This document shows, one piece after another, positions 12,279-25,934 of a stretch of DNA of 64,000 nucleotides (positions within the stretch are counted from its first letter, which is position 1; each line of letters starts with the position of its first letter). Both the position numbers and the translations under genes were made by a program. The notes beneath the pieces were generated by a model. That model had not been told where the DNA came from. It did no database searches and saw only the letters and a list, made by a program, of their open reading frames with translations. Location of the stretch: positions 18,540,001-18,604,000 of the forward strand of contig CM119371.1 in assembly GCA_051294905.1 (NCBI GenBank), written 5' to 3'. This stretch comes from Botryllus schlosseri. Its lineage: Eukaryota.

Positions 12279-13151
12279 CAGGTTTTTGTTGGGAACCTTT
12301 TTCGTCCGAAGAGCCATACTGGCCCTTCATTTTCAATTGCAACTCCCAAACAGCCATACATGCCAATCATCTGTTACGTCACAAGTAAAAATTCGTGACG
12401 TCATGGTAGCACTAAATCGAAGTCACTGCATAGGATTCGTTGTGGTTGATTATGGTATTCGTGTTGATGTTCGATTGCCATGGTTATTTGTACTTACAGC
12501 CGTTGAGACTTTCGTCAATTAAACGCGATTGTGGGTTCATCTGATTCTTTTTAAATGTGCAGGTGCAGCAAAACACGGTCACCACATCAGTACATACTTT
12601 TTACAGGATGTGTTATGTCAGGGGATGCAAGCAAGGGAGTTCCTCGCCTGTCGTCACGATGTGCGTAGGGAATTTATGAAATCTCCAATGATATGGTATT
12701 TTCCATCGATGTTCATGAATGACAAATTTTTTAAAAAATTTCTCTCGAAATAACGCAATTTGCGTATTTATTGCTAGAAAATGAAGCTCAAAATGAGAGG
12801 ACGAAGCCTCGCGTGTCATAGCACAATCCATCTTCAATAACTCAGAACTGATATTAATTGAATAATGTTGCACTGATTGCGAAAATCTAGCTAGGCCTTG
12901 CCTATCCATCGAGTTTTCAATTTTTGAAGTATTAGCCGGTAACATAACGTTTGAGCCCCTAACCATGGATACAACACTGCCTTGGCCTCTCAAAGATATA
13001 TTCATGCTGCCTCGAGAAACAACTGTCTTATCCGTTATGTAAATTTACTTTACAAGTTGCTGCAATATTGATAAATTAGGTTTCACATAAAATATGTCAA
13101 AGAGCCATATGTTATATCCAAAAGAGCCATGCCATAGGTTCCCGACCCGTG
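12279..13151. mobile_element. Second copy of the 4786-5555 MITE family
   Basis: GGGAACCTTTTTCGTCCGAAGAGCCAT start and GCCATAGGTTCCCGACCCGTG end match 4786-5555. Confidence 0.8.
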
Positions 13152-14277
13152 CCCAATATGAATTTCTGTTTTTGTACATGATTGGTTTTTTTTAAGGTCA
13201 CTGTTTCGGTCACTGTTTCTTCCATTTTGTGAGATGTACTCCGGTGCTACTTCCACTTTACCTTTTTGATTGTCAAAGCCATGGTTATTGCTCCTGTCGA
13301 TTTGTCATGTGTCGATGTATGATGAAATTTTCAACAGATGTTCAGTATTTTTACTGAGTAGATGTATTATGCCTTCTTTCAATTTGTTTGGAATATGTTT
13401 GGATGTAATTGGTTGACTTTCTATTCATCTTTGTTGCATACTTGCATACATCAATCACTGATTGTTTTTCAACAGAACAAATTATGTATGAAACTTGAAG
13501 CTGCACACTAAAAGCGGCTTACATGGATTCTTGTGCAGCGCTAAGCGCGCTGTCTATGTATTTTTTAATGGTATTTCAATTTCTGAGGCATCATCAAATT
13601 TGACGTTCATTGCAAAGCCAAGAGTGTATTTCTGCTACACGTAATTAGCGCTATGTGTGGCAATGTGTTTACTCAACTATTAGACTGTGTTGGATGAAGT
13701 AACTCTACTTGGACGTTAAATTCGCCTTATGAATCGTGTAATTTTATATTAGCATGGTGATCTATTTCAATGCAGTCCGAGTACTCATATTGTATCATGT
13801 CATCAGAAATAATCATTCCGTTTCAGCTAGTCCATTGATATGGTAGAGTAGATTAGAAAAAGCAATTTCTCGGGCATGTCGCAAATACCTTTGAGTCGAT
13901 ATCAAGGAAAGCATTTAAAAGGTGATTGCGAAAGTAATTTAGTTAAGTAGTTTTTAGTTGATATGCCACGCAAGTTTGAACATTGCGAGGCGCAGATTAA
14001 CCATTGGTGTCATCGCATAATAATTTACTGTCCAGATAGCGTATTGGTGGAGTGTCCGGCTTCTTGGTCTGTAGGTTATGGCAGTGGTTCTCAACCGCCG
14101 GTCCGCGGACCGGCGCCGGTCCGCGACGACATTCCTGCCGGTCCGCCAGGTATATTACAATTTTATACCTTAATTTCAAGATGCAATGTTGACGGTGATA
14201 AGTACAGAACAGATACGAGCTCACCCATAAACAGTGCAGTTTGCGCGATCATTCGTTTTCAATTCATTCATTTTGTG

Positions 14278-15379
14278 CAGGGCCGTAACTGGGGCACTCC
14301 AAACCGCCCAATTGGAGAGGGGCCGAGCTTGAAAAAGGCCCCAAAATATTTTGCAAAATGAACATAAATCAGAGCGTGTTTTTTAAAAACTTTTCCTAAC
14401 ATTTTTCAATTTCTTTTCGTGCTTTGCGCGATTTAGTGTCACTGAATGCCTTGCATATTATGTTCCCTTCTCCGAGAAATACGCATGATTTATAGAAATA
14501 GGCATTTCGGCGCCAGCCCTTAGCGCGCCACGACGTACCAACAGTCCAACACATATAATTAGGTTTACGCTAACATGGGACTCCGAAAGGCCGGGTTGTA
14601 ATGACTCGAGTCATGACTCGACTCGACTCGAGTCACGGTATTCGGATGACTCGACTTGATTCGAGTCAATGTACATGATTCGAACCAAGTCATATGACTC
14701 GAGACTCAGACGGCTAGGATCGACCTGTCATTGTAATTTCGAACAATATTAAAGCAACCACGTGCAATATTGGGATCTCATCTATTAGTACTCGTACTTG
14801 AAAATGCGACCAAAAACTGCTGAAAGTTAGGAAAATTAGGATATTATTAATGCGAATTGCGAACCATTCGTTATCATCGAACAGAATTCTAAAAAGTGGG
14901 TTTAACAAGACTTTAACTGGGAACTGAACAGTCAACAAAATGACTTGGACTCGGACTCGAGTCATAATACCATGACTCGGACTTGACCCTCTGCTCCCTG
15001 ACTTGGACTCGGTCTTGACTCGGTGGTGAATTGAAAATGACTATAGATTTGATTCGAGTCAAAATTATAAAAGTGAGATTGACTTGTGACTCGAAGCCTT
15101 GTGAGTTGGTTACAACCCATCCGAAAGGCGTGCTAAAATTTCGGCAGCGAGAAAACCGATTGAGTCATGAATGATTAAAAATTTTCGCTATTGGCGCGAT
15201 TAAGCTACATAAACTTTCTCCTTACACTAAGTAGAATGAATGTGCTCACTAGTACAGGTGAAAACCTCGACCCAAAAGCAGGGTCTGGGGCCGAAGTCCC
15301 CGGAAGTTTTGCTTATCGGCTTGTGGGGGCCCAAGACCAACGTTTTTTTGGTGGGCTGACGAAGTCCATTTTCGACCCG
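14278..15379. mobile_element. CAGGGCCGTAAC-family MITE
   Basis: Absent from the 37500 relative at the CATTCATTTTGTG|GATGGCC site; degenerate TSD; 3' end GCTGACGAAGT like those at 3330-3347 and 3665-3690. Confidence 0.65.
14591..15120 (-). mobile_element. Family A GACTC-rich MITE
   Basis: GGGTTGTAA...TTACAACCC ends; TSD CCGAAAGG on both sides. Confidence 0.9.
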
Positions 15380-17533
15380 GTTCTGCGCATGGCCGGTATA
15401 GCTGCTGTAAGGTGTTTTCTTGCTGTACGCATTGTATTCGTATAGCTGCCAGAATAGCCTGCATCTGGTGGTAGTGGGCAATGAGCAAGGTAGCACGACA
15501 ATGAGCTTGATTCGACTATAAAACGCTTCTTCTCTCGATATTGTCAAAAGGAAGAATATTATTCGAGTCGGCGTGGTCGGTTAAACCCACGGCCTTCGGC
15601 GCGAAAGACTGTAAACGACTCTCGGCGGTATCACGTTTATCTGGACAAGGCAATTCTATCTCGACTCAGCAGACTCACTACCATAAAATGTCACTCTCTA
15701 GCACCATATAATTGCAAAAAACGGTTGCGTACTCTACATTTTGGCTTCATATCAATTTTGAAAGTTCACCGGTCCGCCAGACATTTATGAAATTTTACCG
15801 GTCCGTGGGGTGAAAAAGGTTGAGAACCACTGGGTTATGGTTTCCGCCCCCTGCTGTTTCAGACCAAAGACGTAATCAGTATAACTAGTATCCTTGGCGT
15901 CCTTTCTTGATGCTCGTCATATCTGGGATAGCATGGAGGGATGGTGTGCTAGACTATATGAGCGGGTGTATATGCTGCCAAAAGGATGAAAATAACGTCC
16001 TATTCCCAATTTGATGGATGTGTAGCAACAATTTCTGCATTATATTCTGTCAGTCTGATGAAGCTGCACAAGGAATTTGTTTTCCAAAATCGTTGATGTC
16101 AGATGGAAGTGGTTTGTATTACAATCGCTCGAGCAGCATAACTTCAACAAAATCGACCCAAAACCTTGAAAAAATAGAAATTCCAGTATATGGTCCAGTG
16201 ATTAAATTATTTACTGCTCATGGAACGAATATCTTTTGTTATTAAAATTCTAGCAGTTCACCAATGCTAGGCCTAGTAATATTGAAAACTGCGAGAATTG
16301 GGTTGGAACATTCTTATTAGGGTCAATCATTACCTATAGGTCTACAGTGTTAGGCTAGCAACTTGGAAAATCCTGATACCTTGCTGCACTGTTTTATCAT
16401 TATGTCAAAATACCTCTGATAATCCAACTACCTTGCACATATATAGATCTCAGATTTTTAAACATATCTCTGACGTTAGTCAGTTGCTTATTAATACCCT
16501 GTTCTTGTCATAGCAAGTCACATTCAAGCATTAAAGGTGCTACGCCGTGCAGATCGTGTGCCTGCAATTTCTAGACATCGGCTACGAATATTAGAAGCCC
16601 GAGAAACCACACCAAGGCTTACAAGGATGTTTACAAGTGAGTCTGAAATAAAGTTTGGTGCATGGGAGTACTTGTCTGACTTCCCGCAACTGTGGCCAGG
16701 GGAAAAGTATTTTCCTAAATCAATAATTGACGCAGAGTATTTTTGTTCAGTTATTTATTCGACTGTCCATTTTGTGTTTAGTGGTCAGTACTAGTTTTCT
16801 TGATTTTAATATAGTGAACCCTGAGTTGAAAATTAGCATAATTTATAGGAATGAATCTGATTGTATTCTTAAATACCGGTATGCGAGCAAGTATATTCCT
16901 AGTATCGCTCGGCGCTGCTGCGTTTGTTTGAGTTCAAAGGTGTGCAACCTGTGGGTGTGTGACTATTGAGCTAAGGCATTTTTGACACTCCAAAATACAT
17001 GAAGTTTGAATTAACATTGGACTCTGTGACGTGTTCTACCTTCGATGATGTATATGTTCGATTGTTTATTGTCCATAGGCACCTAAATGACCGTGGACGA
17101 ATAGGCTTGTTACTGCAATATGATCTCTGCAGTACAAATGAGGCCTTTCGAGCAAAATTATGTCTTCGGTGAAGAATTTTGTAGTGTGCATCTCTCGAAG
17201 TAAACTATTCTTTTAATTTTGTCTGCTACTTTCGGCTATCGACAATGCTGAGGGGCCATTGGCCGCACTGCCTGCACATATAGGCTGCTCAGTTCATAAA
17301 AGGCCTGTCATCTCATTAGCGATTAGCCTAATAAAGTTGATAGCGAGACTTGATATTAAATTCGGTGTCAATCTTCAAATAGCAAATCCGAATACCTGGA
17401 TGCAAAAAATAAATAAATGAATGAACTATTCTCGGAATACTCATCTGCGAAGTAAGCATAGAATAATTTTTTGATACTAACCAACGGTATGTAATATTTC
17501 TCTTTTCGAACTCGATTTCAGCTCACTCGTACC

Positions 17534-18039
17534 CAGGGTTGTACCAAGACTTGGTGACCAAGTCACAAGATTACGAGTCCCAAATCAATTTCACTTTTAT
17601 AGTTTTGACTCGAGTCAAGTCCTAGTCCAAGTTGGCGAGCAGAGAGTCGAGTCCAGGTAAATGTGTTGACTGTTCGGTTTAAAGATAAAAGTCCCAAGTT
17701 TACAACTCTGGTGATATCGAAGGCTTCACATCCTTAATATACTAACTTTCCTCACTTCTAACAGCTTCTGGTCACATTTTCAAGTACAAGTACTAATAGA
17801 CGAAATACCAATAGTGTGGTAACTATACTATTCTTTTAAATTACAATTAAATACAAGTCTTGGCCCTGAGAGTCTCGAGTGATATGACTTGGTCCGTGTC
17901 ATGCATAATGAGTCGACTACAAGTCCAGTCAATACACAGATTGAACCAAACGATTAGAGTCATCTCTTGTATTTTTTTTTAAATGACTCAAGCTGAGTCA
18001 AGTCGTCAAAAAATCGCTACTCGAGTCATCACAACCCTG
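17534..18039 (+). mobile_element. Family A MITE, diverged
   Basis: CAGGGTTGTA...ACAACCCTG ends; internal similarity to 45762-46345. Confidence 0.8.
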
Positions 18040-19237
18040 CTTATACTAGAGACTAAACTCGTAGCAGATTAAAAACTCCATTTATGGGCTGCACATCATA
18101 CAAAATTGGCACTTCATCGTGGGTTGCGCACCCCTGTTGTAAATTCCTTCTCATTTACTATTAGTGGTAGCCATATTCGAGACATGCCAGATTACTGGCA
18201 GTAGAATTTAAAGTAACTCAAGTAATTAGTTTGAAAAAGTAAGCTTTGGCGTCATTGAACACTTTTCTCGTACGATAACCTGGACAATGGACGCTTGCGT
18301 TAATTTTGACCTGACATCTGGCAAAAGCAATAGCTGCTTAACTACTAGTGTACTAGGTACTTACTATATAGTTAGACAAACGAAACCTTTGTATTTGGTA
18401 ATGTCCTTGTCTCTACTGCCTAACCTTAGTCACAGGAAAGTGGTGTGATCGCCATTCATTGCATAGCACTTGGTCAAACTTGTGTTTGATCAGAAATTAA
18501 AATAAGTGTCGTGCATTTTGTGTGTCTACCGATAAAACCAAAAGTTTGTGTGAACCGGACATCATGAAATTGTGAAATATGTGAACAAGACCTTCATAAT
18601 ATTGGACAGTACACCAATGACCCCGATAAATTCCTCCATATGTATAGAGGTAGTTCAATGGAAGTGTGCTCAGTTTTTAATAGAGAGGCCTTTATACTTA
18701 GTAGAATCACCCATGGGCATTGCGATTCAGTAAAACTAATATGACTGAGAAGTTGTACCGAGCTCTCATTCCAGAAGTGTATGCAAAAATTATTCTACTT
18801 CTTCCATGAGGACCGTGTCGATAAGACACTCCAATCCTAATGAGTGCAGATTTCTCAGGCTTCGAATCCTATCTGCTGAACTAAATCTGCTTAAATTTCG
18901 ACTTCGCAAGCCTTGCGTTCCGATCTTGTATTCACCTACAATTAAGCATCCTATACTAATATGCTCTAAGCGCGATTCGGGATATTGATTGCTCGTCTTG
19001 TGCTTGACGAATAGAGAGAGTGAATAGCAGAGACATAGGAAATGTAATGTGGGCAAGTGATTTCAGACAGTGTACAAATTTAATTAATCAACGAAATCGA
19101 ACCAAGTAGAAAAATGAAATACAAATCAAGTACAGTTGAATTTCAAACTGACTCACTAAATACACGACTGGTCATAACAAGGAGTCAAAGACAGAGTGTA
19201 TAAATCTACATTCTACATTCATGGACATTGTAGGCTG

Positions 19238-20268
19238 GATTACCAGTGAACCCAGCCCTCGGTGAACCCAGCCTTACAAACTCGTCTCTCGGTGAACTCG
19301 GCCCTCGGGAACTTTTGTAATTAAGTGTATTAACGAGTATTATTATGAATTATTAAACTAATAATGTTATTATCAACTGATTTGTCAATCTTGTAAGGAG
19401 GTCAGTGCATGCGTAGATCACGCAGTCACGGCGTGATCACGGATTGCGCAAGCGCCAAGCGCGGGAAAGAACGCGACGTTCACATATCGATCAGACCTCG
19501 GTGAACTCAGCCTTACAAACTCGGACCTCGGTGAACCCGGCCCTAGGTGAATTCCGCCCTCGGGAAATTTTGTATTCACCGGCAACCCTAATATCCCCCC
19601 TCCCCCAACCCTAATATCACACCCCCGGCAACCCTAATATCTAGGCTTACGATATTTTGGAAATCTAAAAAGAGGACACTTTTTCATAAATTTCCAACTT
19701 TCAAAATCGGAGTAGAATTGTCAAAAACCGGTTAATTTTTCCCACTTTGTGACTGGTTAACTAAAAAAAAAAAAAAAAAAAAAGGTCATCTTTTCCGCTG
19801 AGATCACAAAATAACGTTTTAAAAAAGGTCATCTTTTCGCTCAGAGCTAAAATCACCGTTTTTCACCCGTCGGAGCTTCACGTCTGTGCTAATATGTGGC
19901 ATATCAATCGCAATTTGCTCTAAATCTGCTCTAAATCCTAAAAAAGAGGACAAAATCTCAAAAAAGAGGACAAAAGGGCGTCCTCCGAGGACACTTTCAA
20001 AAAAGTCAAAAAAGAGGACAAATCCTCTTAAAAGAGGACGTATGGTAAGCCTACTAATATCCCACCTCCGGCAACCCTAATATCCCACCTCCGGCAACCC
20101 TAATATCCCACCTCCACCAACCCTAATATCCTACCTCCGCCAACCCTAATATCCCAGCTCCCAGCTTTGATACAAAATTTCCCGAGGGCCGAGTTCACCG
20201 AGGTCTGAGTTCACCGAGGACCGAGTTCACCGAGGGCCGAGTTTGTAAGGCTGGGTTCACCGGCAACC
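19238..20268. mobile_element. Foldback-like element with tandem GGTGAACTCGGCC subterminal repeats and an ACCCTAATAT array
   Basis: Ends GATTACCAGTGAAC / GTTCACCGGCAACC; degenerate TSD GTAGGCTG/GTAGGAAG; relative at 32453-33356. Confidence 0.7.
19642..20053. mobile_element. hAT-type MITE (AAAGAGGACA repeats)
   Basis: TAGGCTTAC...GTAAGCCTA; perfect TSD CTAATATC. Confidence 0.9.
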
Positions 20269-21732
20269 GTAGGAAGATTAACATTTTAGTTATAAAGCAA
20301 AAACAGAGTTTACCACTAGTAAATGATAAAGTTAAAAATGTAGGCAATGGAAAGCTCAATTTTTTTCCTCCTATATGATGTTGCAAAATGGCATTTATTC
20401 TATCTGTATAAGTATGTTGGTCCTAATTATGTCTTTTTGTCATAGGTGACCTATTTCTGTCTCACAAAAGTGCGATGGTTCGCACCTTGGATCTCTGCGG
20501 CACTCCAAACAATCTAAAGTTCGGGATCATCTTAAGCAAGATCAGTCTCGAATGCGAAGACTCGGTATATATTTTGTTGCAATGTTGTCTATCCTGGTCT
20601 TTAAGATCTTGGTGGCCTGCCACGCCTTGTTTTTACGTCCACTTTCCATGTAATGACTTTGAATTGATTTGAGAATTTTCAATTTTAAAGTCTTTGTAAT
20701 TCGACCTTACCCATGTAGGGGTTGCCCACTCTGAGATGCGTTATAGTTTTTGCTAAAGTTACACACTAGATAACCTTCCTGTAGCAACCCTGTCTATTTT
20801 TCTAGACATCATATCTATCTCGGCCACTTCGATAAATTTACATGTTTCTTTCGGTATGGTTTGCTGACTGGAACTGTATTGGTCAGATACCATTTTAATT
20901 ATCATTATAAACCTGCTGTCAATATTATTACCTGCTCTTTCTTGCAGCATGTCTTACTTGGATCAACCATTCCACTGGGAATTTTACGAAGAACAATCAC
21001 TCACTTGGTGTTTTTATATCAAGGGACACCCGAGAAATGTGCTCATCAGTCATAGCATAGAATTGCAAGGTGAAGTAGGGTGGTATGTATAGCTCGCTGC
21101 AGTTACTTTGAAGTTTTAGATCCCAGTCTAAATGCGATAGTGGCTCATATTCTCAGAAAATCACATGAAAATGGGAGGTTTCCACAAATTGTATGTTTAA
21201 ATCTGAAACCAGATTGGAAAAATTTAACTCAAATTCAACTCCATGCTCATCTTTGTCAGATGAGTGATTTCCTACTAAAATAGGTTGGCATACACGTGAT
21301 CCAAATCTTTTTCCTGGTAAAATTGGTGGATCTGATCTTTGTCTTTTTATCAAATACAATTACGTGCTCTCTGCTCACCTCGAGTGTCGACCGTATTTTA
21401 AATTTGTATTTTGGATTAGAATCCCAAATCCATGACCCCGGCGTGTTTTATCGGCGCTAATGTTCTGTCTTTCGTCCAGGGCTACAACAATACAGCGAAA
21501 TGGGGGATTCTACGAGATGACTGCTGGTATCTAGCCTTCAGGTTAACAAAGATATTTTGTCCGGGAAGGTAATATGCCAGTTCCTTACTTTGACCATTGT
21601 GGGTAAGGGTATGGATAACTTTACCAGGTTAATGGAGATTGATGAAAGTGACGCTTAAACAAGTGTATCGTTGGGCCGACTATCTAGCACTGGCCTTTCT
21701 AAAGGTGAAAATGTATGAACAGTAGTGGTCAG

Positions 21733-23049
21733 CAGTGGCGTATCCAGGGGGGGGTTTTAGGGGGTCGGAACCCCCCCCTTTTCAAAATCATAAAAAATGA
21801 TGTCAAATATAGCCTCTAATATTTGCTAATTTATTAGTTTAACATATTCGTTTTTACGTATGAAAAGGCGAATATGGCGTCTTAATGTTATTTAAGGGGA
21901 CTAAAACCCCTACAAAATATTGGAATTATGCGCCGAATTAGTCGAAAGGATAAAATAGGTCATTATAATTCGCTAATTCCATACGAATTCTGCGCTTGTT
22001 CAGCTACATTTCAGCTGTGGCAATTGCCGACGTTCTCAACTTTCTTCCCTCGATTTCTCTCTCGCCTTGCTAAACGAGAGACGCATTTTAGGAAAATCTA
22101 ATCTAATTGGCCGACACGATACGTAATTGGAAAGACGAAGTTGTCGGCAATCAACATCGCTCGCGAATTCGCTGCACCTGCTCGCCATGAAATCCTAATT
22201 AAGAATTGCACGCGGCGTGTTGATTGATCGGCGAGACGCAGACACGACGGCACCAGTACGACAATGCTATTCTCAAATCCACATTGTATTCGCGATTATT
22301 GGCGAGAAATGGCCTAGGATTGACATTCACATTTCAAAATACAAGCCTAGCAATCCACGTTCTCGATTGTTAGGTGGCTTGCTGTCGTCCAAATACAGGC
22401 CTATGTTGTCGCTGAACGGGAGAATTGAGTAGGCCTAGTAGTAAAGTTAACCTAATTATATCGGCTGACAAGTTTCTCTGTCGATCAAGTTATTATCCCA
22501 GTGTGTACTCTGTATTAGTTGGCTGACTTGCGTGCTTGCAATTAAGGTCTAATTATCTTCGCGCGTACTACACGCTCAGCCGTACGGCTAGTAAAGCCAT
22601 CGAAAAGCACACATTCGTGTACGACGTACACTGCTCACACCACACCTCTCTGTGGCGATCGCCCTCGTTTATGCTACCGCCCTATTCCGCGCTTGTTCGT
22701 CCGCTGCGATACTACCGACCTTGCGCATAATATCGTCAAAACCCAACAAAATCGCGCATCTCTGACCGGAACTAGGCGCTTGAAGACGGGCGGCGTTTGC
22801 CGGCTCATGACTAAATGTGAGCATTTACGAATTTCTTTCAATCATACCGTAAAAGAAACGCGATTTTCAGGCAATGTCCGTATCGTATTCGTACATCTCC
22901 CACTCACCGCAAATCTCTGTTTATTATTAAACTATAATATATTAAATATTCGCCATGGTGTGGAGACGAGTGATCGTAATCATGACGTCACAATAGCCAA
23001 TTTCGTAACGCAAAACCCCCCCCTTTTTCGCGCTCTGGATACGTGCCTG
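21733..23049. mobile_element. hAT-type non-autonomous element
   Basis: CAGTGGCGTATCCAG...CTGGATACGTGCCTG; perfect TSD GTGGTCAG; inserted in the terminus of an older CAG(T/A)GTGGTCAGTAAC element (~21720-23353). Confidence 0.85.
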
Positions 23050-23580
23050 GTGGTCAGTAACAAAGTACTCCTACTTTTCCGAGCACTCAAGTATGTTTTA
23101 CCTGCTTGTGCTATTTATCCAATCACGGTGACACTATTTTTATAAAATCTAATTCTTGTGTCAATAGTCAATTTGTGTTTGTCTCGTAGATGCACCTCGC
23201 CATTTTCAAAGTAGCGATCTCACATTAACCGCTAAAATTTGCGATCCATCGACCAAATCAACTCCTTGGGAACTTTTCGTATCTTTCCTGTCTACGAGCC
23301 ATGTCTTTGAAATTCATAGTTTACACATTTATGGCGTTGCTCTGACTACCACTGTACTGTGCAGTACATGAAGGAAGCAACATAACCCTCTCTGGAATAT
23401 GATAGGATGTTGTTTATTTCAGTGCTCGATGTATTTGCGCCATATACACCGACTCATGATGGACATACACACAATCTGTTCAGTGTTCATACACATACCA
23501 TGAGAGCATGATGTGCATATGCCGCTGGAATAGGAAGTGTACACAAATAGCCTTGTAAGGATTTTCAAGTCTTGAACCAC

Positions 23581-23710
23581 CTCTCCATGCTATCCTGGTA
23601 ATGATGAGCCTGAAGTTGGGAAGCCACGGATACCAATGGTACTAATCAGGTCTTTGGTCAGATCCGGACGTGGATTGAACCCATGAATTCCCGATCAAGA
23701 AGACGGGCGT
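23581..23710 (-). mobile_element. tRNA-derived SINE fragment
   Basis: Minus strand has B-box-like GGTTCAATCC followed by GACCAAAGAC and GGTATCCGTGGCTTCCC body. Confidence 0.6.
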
Positions 23711-25499
23711 AGCAACAAAATTTGCCATCATGAATACTAATATTTTGCAAAATGTTGGTTCATACTGAAATTTGCAGCTTTTCTCAGAAAAGTTGCACAG
23801 AAACGATAAGTTCATATAGTTTTGAAGAAATGCTAATTAGATCCGAAATTCACCGTCCAAATTCCAGCTTCGAAGAACCGTCATCAAAATTTATACGTCT
23901 TTTCAAATCCAACTCTAGATTCAAATTTGTTAACTAAGTTTGTTGAATTCCAGTTTCTATTCGTAAATCCCTATTCAAAGCGGCTCTTCTTTTTCCCAGG
24001 TCTGTTTTCGATCCGAGCTGGAAGATCTTCTCTGCAACCTAGTTACGGTTGACCTGACCAAACGATACGGCAAAGTGAAAAACACCGTCGCAGACATCCA
24101 GATTCACTGCTGGTTTTCAACCGTTGACTGGTCTGCAATTCACCGGAAAAAAGTAAGCTGACCAAGTCCACAGCTTTTGATTTAATGTGGCGATTAGGGG
24201 CTGGCGATATCGAGTGACGGCAATAGGTAGAAATGTCATCACTTTGCATAAGTTACAGAAGCAGATCTAAGTTACTGAGCTCCAGATATTAGCTGATTTA
24301 TTATTTCGAAATCCGAACTATGTTCAGTTCATGTTCCAAATCCATGCTCATTGCTCATCTTTGAAGTAGGGCTGTATTCAGCACTGAAATATGAGTCGAG
24401 TAGCTAGATTCGATTTTTTCAAGTAACAGACCGACTCTAGCCTGTCTCTAGGGTGGATTTGTCGATGAGAAATATTGTCTAGAAATAATTATCTTCACAT
24501 CGTCATATCACATCCAATACAATTGCCACAAGGTTACGGTATCCATGGTATGATACTTCTGTCGAGTACTGATACGAAATAGTCATGGTTAAGATTGGAA
24601 AGTTATTTTAATAGCATGTAGCTTGGGGTGCATTCCTTATCCTTGGCTCCACAAAGAAGGGACATATTTGAACTTTCTGCCTCATCACACCGGTATGCCG
24701 CATGATAGGTAGTACTATGCTCGACAAGGTATCAAATCATCCAGTTACCTGATTTTTCCCACCATTGAATTGTAAGCTTAACACTGAAGATTTAATATTT
24801 GTCTACTCGATTTTGCCCAAGCCTGTAGCGTGTAGCGACTCAGATCAAGTCAGGGTGGGGTAGGGACTCGAGATATTTCAGATCTGACTCAAATACTCCA
24901 CTTGAAGCTTAATGCTTGTGTCATTATTAAATGACCCGTGTAGGTTCTCGAAGTTTGCTTTCCCCTATTGCTGACCATCCCTCGACGTCACGTTGTTGAA
25001 GATTTATCAGAACGTAAAGTTGAGAACCAAAATACCTCGCAAAAACGTGACAAGACTGCTTCTCAATACGACTTGGCCAAATTGAGTACCTGCTTAATGC
25101 GATTCTGACTTTAGTGTTAAGGTTCGAGTTGTATCGAGTATCACTGACTACAACATTATATCATTATGAAAGATATTGAAAGTTAAAATATGTAGGCCTA
25201 CCTTTTATATGAACACAAAGAATATAATGTCAGTTCTACATCATATGTTGAGGGGACTAGCAACTCAACAGCACCACCTCGCCAAGGGCAATCCCCATCA
25301 GCATGAAATTTTCACAGCTGCTAGGTGTCGCTATGCTATAAAAATATATCACAAACTGTAGTTCTAGCCCACTGAATTTGGATTTGGCAAGAGAAACATT
25401 ACTCCGGCACGCGAAACACCGTGATGCCCATTGCCCATTTTCTGATCTGATGCCTGTTTTAGGAAGCGGAAGGATAGTCCTGCTTGTTGCTTAAATTTG

Positions 25500-25934
25500 A
25501 AGGATTATGTGCAACTCGTCTCGGAGTTATTTCGCTTTGGAATTTCAAAATTAATTTTTTTTTTAATTTAATGTGACTTCCTTAAACTCAGACCATGTTA
25601 TACCTAGACCAAACAAAAATGAGCAAAACATAGATCCGGATGTTGGCTTTTCAAAAAAACCATGAGCAAGTCATTTACGACAAAAATTTCGCACCAATTT
25701 CTTGTTTCTGCTTAAGAAATATTACGAAATTTTACAATGGAGAAAAACGTTACTGAACGTTTCCGCAATTAAAAGAGAACACTAACGGTATGACAAGTGA
25801 AATTGAAATTTTGCAATTTTTAATTTTTTTTTGGCCTCGACGAAAAAACAGAGTTTGCATGTTAATATTTCCAACCAAAAAAGATATTATTAAAATTTAT
25901 AAACTTTTTCAAATTTATGGTCGCTAGTCCTCTT
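25500..25934. mobile_element. Possible degenerate Kolobok-like MITE
   Basis: TTGA-AGGATTA...TAGTCCT-CTTGAA ends resemble TTAA/AGG termini; heavily decayed. Confidence 0.35.

Larger units (their letters stand above)
14082..15832. mobile_element. hAT-type MITE (CCGGTCCG family) with two nested levels
   Basis: CAGTGGTTCTCAACC...GGTTGAGAACCACTG; perfect TSD GGTTATGG; uninterrupted relative at 37500-38246. Confidence 0.9.
14037..15960 (+). mobile_element. tRNA-derived SINE split by the 14082-15832 insertion
   Basis: A-box-like TAGCGTATTGG at 14037; body resumes after 15840 (CAGACCAAAGAC...GGATAGCATGGAG) and matches the minus-strand copy at 23581-23710. Confidence 0.6.

Noticed and set aside
19238..20268. 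CRISPR-like repeat array
   Set aside because: Repeats are contiguous without unique spacers, inverted at the two ends, in a eukaryotic context with no cas genes.
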